34,139 bases of DNA from Azoarcus sp. (GTDB lineage: Bacteria > Pseudomonadota > Gammaproteobacteria > Burkholderiales > Rhodocyclaceae): NCBI GenBank assembly GCA_041595655.1, contig JBFHJY010000001.1, forward strand, positions 1 to 34,139, read 5' to 3'. Below the pieces are notes generated by a model, which was not told the DNA's origin, did not search any database, and saw nothing but the letters and a program-made list of their open reading frames with translations. How positions within the stretch are numbered: position 1 is the stretch's first letter; each line of letters opens with the position of its first letter. This document shows, in pieces, positions 28,032 through 34,139 of the stretch. The position numbers were made by a program, and so were the translations under genes.

Positions 28032-29879
28032 TGAACGGTTGCTGACCAGGAGCGGAAGCGGACAGTCCAGTGCCTGACATACGGCGCGCAACAATTCCAG
28101 TTCGGTCGCAGTGACGGTGCCGTCGTGCAGCACGGCCGTCGTGCATGCTTCCACCAGCTTGCGGCGGAAAACGGGCTGGGTGGCGGCCAGCGCTTCCAGA
28201 ATGCCGTCCAGTTCCCGGGTCGAGAAGCGCGGCGGGTGATCGTCGAAATGCCACTCGCCGTCGAAGGGCGCGCGCTGTGCTGCTACGGCAAAGGCGGCGC
28301 GTGCAGTCGTGACGGAATTCTGGCCGGCATGCGCGAGCAGCGCCAGAAGGCGCATCGTTCCGTTGCGCAACGTTGCTGCGTCGGGACGGGGCGGCTGGTT
28401 GCTGTTCACGGCCGGTTGCAGTGCTGCATTGAGCAGCCTGCGCAGGACATATTCGAACGGCGAGGTGCGTTTGTCGGCGGCGATCAGGGTATCGACCAGT
28501 TCGAGGACGATGTTGCGATCCGGTCCGCGCAGTTCGCGCAGGGAAGGCAGCGCCAGATCGAGCAGCGGCAGGCGTTCGCCGGCAGGCAGGCTGTCGAGGC
28601 GGGCGGCCACTTCCTGGCAATGTGTGGCGGCGTCCTCGCCCAGGCGCTCGCCGATGGCGGCCAGCTGAGTTGTGCGGATCCCCGCAACATCTGACAGCAG
28701 CAAGGCAAACACCACGGAGCGTGCGCCGCGTGGTGTGTGCAGGACTTCCATCAGGCCGTCCGGCATTGCGGCAATGAGTGTGTGCGCCAGTTCCACGTCT
28801 TGCGGTGTGACCGTACCTACGGCCGCAGCGACACCGCCTGCGCTGAGACCCGAAACCGACTCCGGCAGCACGCCCGAGGAGCGTGCCGCGTTGCGTTCGC
28901 GGATGCGCTGGCGTGTCGCGAAGATCGGGTCGATGCGGCGGATGCGCTCTTCGATGGGTGGATGGGTGGCGAGCAGTTTCGAGAAGTGTGCGCTGCTCCC
29001 GAAGAACATGTGGCTGGCTTCTTCGGCACGCGGGTGGTGGACATCCGAACCGATGCCGGCGATGCGCGCCAACGCCCCGGCGATGCCCTGCGGATTCCGG
29101 GTGAACTGGACGGCCGATGCGTCGGCGAGGTATTCGCGCTGGCGCGAGACGCCGGCTTTTATGAGCTTGCCGAAGAAGGTGCCGATATAGCCGGCGATCA
29201 CCATCATGAGGCCGGCCACGACGAAGGCGCCGCCATTGCGTCCGCCGCCGCGTCCGCCACGCAGCAGCGTACGGCCCGCCAGGGTCAGCAGCAGGATGCC
29301 ATGCAGAACGCCGATCAGGCGCAGGTTGAGTCGCATGTCCCCGTTGAGGATGTGACTGAACTCGTGCGCAATGACGCCCTGCAGTTCATCGCGAGGCAGC
29401 TGTTCGAGCGCGCCGCGCGTGACCGCGACGATGGCTGCGTCGCTGCTCGCGCCTGCCGCGAAGGCGTTGATGTTGTCTTCCTGGTCGAGCACATACACCG
29501 GCGGGGCAGGGATACCCGAGGCAATGGCCATTTCCTCGACGATGTTGACCAGGCGGCGTTCGAGCGGGTGGCTCGTGGCACGTTCGACCAGTCGGCCGCC
29601 AAGTTCTTCGGCGATGCGCGCCCCTCCCTGTCGGGCGAGCACTGCGATCTTGTAGAGCGAGCCGCCCGCGATCAGGCCGCCCACGCCAAGCAGCACGGCC
29701 GCGAACAGTTCGGGGTTCCAGGGTGAGCGCGGAGTCAGCGCATCGTTGGTGAAGGCATGCAGTGCGAGCGCGACGGCAAGATATACCGTGGCGACGATGC
29801 CGACCACCGCCACGGCAAACCACACGATCAGCCAGCGCGAGCCGCGGCGCGCCTGGTCCTGGGCCGAGAAGAAGTCCAC
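28029..29879 (-). CDS. M48 (HtpX-like) membrane Zn metalloprotease with a long C-terminal extension
   Basis: INAFAAG, HEFSH, REYLAD and THPP; GTG start 7 nt after the lemA stop. Confidence 0.88.
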   Translation of the reverse strand: MDFFSAQDQARRGSRWLIVWFAVAVVGIVATVYLAVALALHAFTNDALTPRSPWNPELFAAVLLGVGGLIAGGSLYKIAVLARQGGARIAEELGGRLVERATSHPLERRLVNIVEEMAIASGIPAPPVYVLDQEDNINAFAAGASSDAAIVAVTRGALEQLPRDELQGVIAHEFSHILNGDMRLNLRLIGVLHGILLLTLAGRTLLRGGRGGGRNGGAFVVAGLMMVIAGYIGTFFGKLIKAGVSRQREYLADASAVQFTRNPQGIAGALARIAGIGSDVHHPRAEEASHMFFGSSAHFSKLLATHPPIEERIRRIDPIFATRQRIRERNAARSSGVLPESVSGLSAGGVAAAVGTVTPQDVELAHTLIAAMPDGLMEVLHTPRGARSVVFALLLSDVAGIRTTQLAAIGERLGEDAATHCQEVAARLDSLPAGERLPLLDLALPSLRELRGPDRNIVLELVDTLIAADKRTSPFEYVLRRLLNAALQPAVNSNQPPRPDAATLRNGTMRLLALLAHAGQNSVTTARAAFAVAAQRAPFDGEWHFDDHPPRFSTRELDGILEALAATQPVFRRKLVEACTTAVLHDGTVTATELELLRAVCQALDCPLPLLVSNRS

Positions 29880-29886
29880 GCGCGGA

Positions 29887-30477
29887 TCAGGCGCCGAAGT
29901 TCACCTTGACGTTCTCGCGCGCCGAGACGTCGTCCATCTGCCATTGCTGGGCCGGCTGGAAACCGAAGGTGTTGGCGATGATGCCGTCCGGGAAGGATTC
30001 ACGCTTGATGTTGTAGGACATCACGCCGTCGTTGTACGCCTGACGGGCGAAGGAGATGCGGTTCTCGGTGCTGGCGAGTTCTTCCTGGAGAAGCGCCATG
30101 TTCTCGTTGGCCTTGAGGTCCGGGTAGGCCTCGGCCAGTGCGAAGAACCGTCCGAGCGCTCCGCCGAGTGCGGTTTCCGCGCCGATCAGCGCGCGCATCG
30201 CGCCGCCGTCGGAGGGATCGGCGCCGGCCTGGCTGGCGGCGGTGCTGGCGGCGTTGCGGGCCTGAATCACTGCTTCGAGGGTCTCCCGCTCATGCTGCAT
30301 GTAAGCCTTGGCGGTTTCGACCAGATTCGGGATCAGGTCGTAGCGGCGCTGCAGTTGCACGTCGATCTGCGAGAAGGCATTGCGCACACGGTTGCGCAGG
30401 GCGACGAGGCCGTTGTAGATGGCGACGACGTAGACGGCAAGCGCGGCAACGAGGGCAAGGACGATCCAGGTGGTCAT
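29887..30477 (-). CDS. lemA: LemA family protein
   Basis: N-terminal TM, YNGLV, IDVQLQRRYDLIPNLVE, EAYPDLKAN, TENRISFARQAYN. Confidence 0.93.
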   Translation of the reverse strand: MTTWIVLALVAALAVYVVAIYNGLVALRNRVRNAFSQIDVQLQRRYDLIPNLVETAKAYMQHERETLEAVIQARNAASTAASQAGADPSDGGAMRALIGAETALGGALGRFFALAEAYPDLKANENMALLQEELASTENRISFARQAYNDGVMSYNIKRESFPDGIIANTFGFQPAQQWQMDDVSARENVKVNFGA

Positions 30478-30553
30478 GCGCGGACTCCCGCTGAGATGGA
30501 CTGAGTCCGAATCCTAACCCGGAAAGCGCGACGGCGGCTGGCTGGCTGCCGGC

Positions 30554-31186
30554 TCAATCGAGCTTGTCGCGGAAGTCGCACAGGTCCCGCACGATGCATG
30601 TTCCGCAGGCCGGCTTGCGCGCGGTGCAGACGTAGCGTCCGTGCAGGATCAGCCAGTGATGCGCGTCCTTCAGGTACTCCCTGGGGATGCGTCGCATCAG
30701 GGCGTCCTCGACGGCACGTACGTCCTTGCCGGGTGCCAGCCCGGTCCGGTTCGACAGACGAAAGATGTGCGTGTCCACGGCCATCACCGGATCGCCGAAG
30801 ACGGTGTTCAGCACCACGTTTGCAGTCTTGCGGCCGACACCGGGCAGGGCTTCGAGGGCGGCGCGGTCATGCGGCACCTCGCCACCGTGGCGCTCGAGCA
30901 GCAGGCGGGACAGGGCGACCGTGTTCCTCGCCTTGTTGCGGAACAGGCCGATGGTCCGGATGCATTCGGCCACGCCTTCCTCGCCCAGAGTGAGGATGTC
31001 TTCCGGGCCGGGCGCCAGCGAGAACAGTTTGCGGGTACAGATATTCACGCTGCGGTCGGTGGCCTGTGCTGACAGCACCACCGCCACCAGCAGCTGGAAA
31101 GGCGAGCCGTACTCGAGCTCGGTGGTGGGGTTCGGGTTGGCCGCGGCCAGCCGCCGGAAGAACTCGCGGATTGCCTCGCGCTTCAT
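30554..31186 (-). CDS. nth: Endonuclease III
   Basis: LSAQATD, HhH LPGVGRKTA, VDTH and 4Fe-4S motif CTARKPACGTCIVRDLC; usual position after rnfE. Confidence 0.96.
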   Translation of the reverse strand: MKREAIREFFRRLAAANPNPTTELEYGSPFQLLVAVVLSAQATDRSVNICTRKLFSLAPGPEDILTLGEEGVAECIRTIGLFRNKARNTVALSRLLLERHGGEVPHDRAALEALPGVGRKTANVVLNTVFGDPVMAVDTHIFRLSNRTGLAPGKDVRAVEDALMRRIPREYLKDAHHWLILHGRYVCTARKPACGTCIVRDLCDFRDKLD

Positions 31187-31890
31187 CAGCTTGTGGCGGC
31201 TTCGGTTCCCGCTTCAGCAGCCGGCGCTGCGGGCTTGGGCCGACGAGCGGCCCGCGCATTGGCACGGGCGTTGATCCAGTTGAACAGCGCGATCAGGCAG
31301 CCGAGCGTGAAAAAGGCTCCCGGCGGCAGGATGGAGACGAGAAAGCCGGTGTAGTCGGCGCCGAAGACCTCGATGTGCGACAGCGACGGAAAGATCATGT
31401 CGATGCCGGCGAACAGCGTGCCGGCGCCGAGAAGCTCGCGCGCGCCTCCGAGCACGGCCAGTACCCACACCAGGCCCAGCCCCATCATCACGCCGTCGAT
31501 GGTCGAGGAGAGGGCATCGTTCTTGGCGGCGTAGGCTTCGACACGGGCGAGCACGATGCAGTTGGTGACGATCAGTGGAATGAAGATGCCGAGCACCAGA
31601 TACAACTCGTGGAACCAGGCGTTGAAGGCCAGATCGACCATCGTCACCAGCGCGGCAATGACGAGAATGAACACCGGGATACGGATTTCGTACGGAATGA
31701 AGTTGCGCAGGCCGGCAATGGCGAGGTTGGCCACGGCCATGACGAGCACGGTGGCAAGGCCCAGGCTGACGGCATTGACCATGGTGGTGCTCACCGCCAG
31801 GATGGGGCACAGGCCGAGCAGCTGCACCAGGCCGGGGTTCTGCTTCCACAGGCCGTTGTAGCTGGTTTCGCGGAATCGTTGCCAGTCCAT
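31186..31890 (-). CDS. rnfE: Rnf/Rsx electron transport complex subunit E
   Basis: QLLGLCPILAV, EIRIP, FIPLIVTNC, LPPGAF; start MDWQR after AAGGA. Confidence 0.93.
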   Translation of the reverse strand: MDWQRFRETSYNGLWKQNPGLVQLLGLCPILAVSTTMVNAVSLGLATVLVMAVANLAIAGLRNFIPYEIRIPVFILVIAALVTMVDLAFNAWFHELYLVLGIFIPLIVTNCIVLARVEAYAAKNDALSSTIDGVMMGLGLVWVLAVLGGARELLGAGTLFAGIDMIFPSLSHIEVFGADYTGFLVSILPPGAFFTLGCLIALFNWINARANARAARRPKPAAPAAEAGTEAATS

Positions 31891-31904
31891 GTCGCTTTCC
31901 TTGC

Positions 31905-32573
31905 TCACAGCGTGCTGCCGGCGGGCGCGTCGAACAGGCGCTCGCGGTTGCTGACCGTCCACGCCAGAGCGCGCCCGGTGGCCTCGGTCACGGCACGTGC
32001 GCTGATGGTTGCACCGATACGGTAGTCGAACTCTCCGCCGTCGCGACCGACCTTCCAGCGTTCGAGCGGCACATCTTCGAGGCTGAGGCCGTTGAACTGG
32101 GTGATCCATGGACGGTCGCGATTGCGATCCTTCTTGGGGTCGATGTAGTCGCCCAGTCCCGGGGTCTCGCCATGGGCCGTCACGCGCACCCCGGAAATGC
32201 GGCCATCGGCGGTCACCGCGATGGCCAGATGGATGGGTCGCCCGTAGCCGTCCGGTGCAATGGCCTCGACCACCAGGGCGACCGGCTGGCCGTCCAGTCG
32301 CGCACGCCAGACGGTGCCGCCACGCGGCAGGCCGAGTTCTGGGATCCGGCCGAGCAGCACGTAATCGGACAACAGGTCGTTGTCATAGGCGTCGCGCGGC
32401 AGGATCTCGTCGATCAGGCGCATTTTTTCCGCTTCCTGCGAGGCCGCAATGGCCGGCGAGGTGAGCTGGTAGGTGAGTGACATCAGCGCGGTGAACACGA
32501 GCGTGAATACCAGCATGATGCCGGCCGTGCGCAGTGCCGTGCGGCCGGCGCTGTAGCGGTTGTCGTTGCTCAT
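31905..32573 (-). CDS. rnfG: Rnf/Rsx subunit G (FMN-binding)
   Basis: APDGY, HGETPGLGD, WITQF, GATIS; ATGA overlap with the rnfD stop. Confidence 0.92.
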   Translation of the reverse strand: MSNDNRYSAGRTALRTAGIMLVFTLVFTALMSLTYQLTSPAIAASQEAEKMRLIDEILPRDAYDNDLLSDYVLLGRIPELGLPRGGTVWRARLDGQPVALVVEAIAPDGYGRPIHLAIAVTADGRISGVRVTAHGETPGLGDYIDPKKDRNRDRPWITQFNGLSLEDVPLERWKVGRDGGEFDYRIGATISARAVTEATGRALAWTVSNRERLFDAPAGSTL

Positions 32574-33574
32574 TTGCTGCCGCCCTTGTGACCGAATACG
32601 GCCGGTTGGGTCTTCATGTCGATCAACGGTACGCACATGTTCATCAGCAGCACACCGAAGGCGATGCCTTCAGGAAAAGCGCCGAAGCTGCGGATCAGGT
32701 AGGCGATGACGGCGATGCCCGCCGCGAAGATCAGTTTTCCGCGCGGCGTGGTCGCGCCGGATACGGGATCCGTCACGATGAAAAAGGCTGCCAGCAGGGC
32801 GCCACCGCTGGCCAGATGGAACAGCGGGTCGGCGAAGCGCGTCGGATCGATTGCCCAGAAAGCGCTTGCCACAAGCGTCAGGGCGACGAGGAAGGCGGTG
32901 GGCAAGTGCCAGCTGATGACGCGTTGCTGCAACAGCCACAGTCCCCCGGCGAGATAGCCCAGTCCGATCCATTCCCAGCCGCGCCCGCCGAACAGGCCGA
33001 AGGTCTCGCGCTGCATCACGCTGGCCACCGTTGCGTCGGCGATGCGCAGTCCGGTGCGCAGGGAATCGAGCGCGGTGGCGCCGGTGACGGCATCCAGATC
33101 ACGGGCGCCGCCGAGAATCAGCGAGAGCTGGCTTGAAAAGTCCAGGCTGCCGGCCGGCGGCCACTGCGACATCAGGGACGGATAGGCCACGATCATCACG
33201 CAATACGACACCATCGCCGGATTGAACGGATTCTGGCCGAGCCCGCCGTACAGGTGCTTGACGGCGATGATGGCGATGAGCGCCCCCATCACCGTGATCC
33301 ACCACGGCGCGATGGGCGGGAAGCACAGCACCATCAGCCAGGCGGTCACCACTGCTGAAAGGTCGCCGATGGTGGGCAGCAGGGGGCGGTTGCGCAGTCT
33401 GAGCACGGTGGCTTCGGCCGCAACGGCGACGAACGTCGCGATGGCCAGATTGACGAGGATGCCGGCCCCGACCTGCCAGACATAGATCGCGATGCCGGGC
33501 ATCAGGGCAAGCAGCACCTTCAGCATCACGCGCTGCACGCTGACGTTGCTGCGGATGTAGGGTGAGTGGATCAT
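32570..33574 (-). CDS. rnfD: Rnf/Rsx subunit D
   Basis: KHLYGGLGQNPFNPAM, FMN site DAVTGAT, FFIVTDPVS. Confidence 0.94.
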   Translation of the reverse strand: MIHSPYIRSNVSVQRVMLKVLLALMPGIAIYVWQVGAGILVNLAIATFVAVAAEATVLRLRNRPLLPTIGDLSAVVTAWLMVLCFPPIAPWWITVMGALIAIIAVKHLYGGLGQNPFNPAMVSYCVMIVAYPSLMSQWPPAGSLDFSSQLSLILGGARDLDAVTGATALDSLRTGLRIADATVASVMQRETFGLFGGRGWEWIGLGYLAGGLWLLQQRVISWHLPTAFLVALTLVASAFWAIDPTRFADPLFHLASGGALLAAFFIVTDPVSGATTPRGKLIFAAGIAVIAYLIRSFGAFPEGIAFGVLLMNMCVPLIDMKTQPAVFGHKGGSK

Positions 33575-34139
33575 GATTCTTCCTGCTCCCCCTCGGCCTT
33601 GCGCTGGGCGGCGCGCTCCAGTGCGGCGGCGACAGGGTTTTTGCTTGTGTCGTCACTGGCGAGGCTGGTGGTGACAGCGTTTGCCCCATCGTCCGTTTCG
33701 CCCGTGAGATTCTTGCGACGCTGCTCAATCTCGGCAATTTCCGACTGAACGGCGGGCGGCAGGTTGTCGGTGTTCTTTGCCTCGACCTCGGCCTTCTGTG
33801 CCTTTGCGCGTGCCAGCGCTGCGGCGACAAGTGCCTTCTTGGGGTCGTCTTCGGTTTTCGTTGCCGGCGTATCCGCGCCAGTCGCCGCGAGTTTGGCCTT
33901 GGTTTCGGCAGCCTTGGCGGCAAGCCTGGCGGCCTTCTCGGCCTTTTCACGTTCCTGGCGGTAGTTGCGGAATTCGAAGCGCTCCCGCGCCTGATCGGCC
34001 GCGTTCTGGTCGCGCTCGCGGGCCCAGATCTCGCTCTTGGCAAAGCGGTAGTAATCGACGAGCGGAATGTGCGACGGACACACGAAGGCGCAGCAGCCGC
34101 ATTCGATGCAGTCGAACAGGTGGTACTCCTGGGCCTTGC
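33571..34139 (-). CDS. rnfC: Rnf/Rsx subunit C, C-terminal part (5'-truncated by the window)
   Basis: LFDCIECGCCAFVCPSHIPLVDYYR 4Fe-4S motif and an Ala-rich tail with AAAL.RA repeats. Confidence 0.93.
   Translation of the reverse strand, partial: KAQEYHLFDCIECGCCAFVCPSHIPLVDYYRFAKSEIWARERDQNAADQARERFEFRNYRQEREKAEKAARLAAKAAETKAKLAATGADTPATKTEDDPKKALVAAALARAKAQKAEVEAKNTDNLPPAVQSEIAEIEQRRKNLTGETDDGANAVTTSLASDDTSKNPVAAALERAAQRKAEGEQEES

Noticed and set aside
33571-33960. Repeated AAAL(A/E)RA segments in the RnfC tail as a novelty
   Set aside because: Similar Ala/Lys-rich repeats are a known feature of RnfC/RsxC C-termini.

Overview
GC-rich betaproteobacterial chromosome segment (gene content suggests Rhodocyclaceae such as Thauera/Azoarcus; this is inference). 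No integrase, transposase, CRISPR array or rRNA was seen. In order: ubiU (partial)-ubiV facing a convergent ubiT; a candidate structured sRNA; tRNA-Leu(TAG); a nitrosative-stress operon nsrR-hmp-HPP/CBS-DUF6306-like; psd; a c-di-GMP block (REC-REC-GGDEF-EAL, hybrid kinase, PAS-GGDEF); slyX; an SLC13/TrkA-C permease; class II RNR nrdJ; a CDF transporter; an EEP enzyme; DUF2189, DUF465 and DUF3567 genes; greB; htpG; a ClC/MarR divergon; two monoheme cytochromes c; M48 protease-lemA; and nth-rnfEGD-rnfC (partial). The best leads lie at 1.85-5.7 kb. One is an unannotated ~160-nt minus-strand RNA with its own promoter, an operator-like palindrome, anti-Shine-Dalgarno C/U loops and a terminator whose U-tract overlaps the FNR box of ubiT. 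The other is an NsrR operon that couples flavohemoglobin to a putative nitrite transporter and an uncharacterised ferritin-like protein. Family assignments come from recognised motifs, not database searches.
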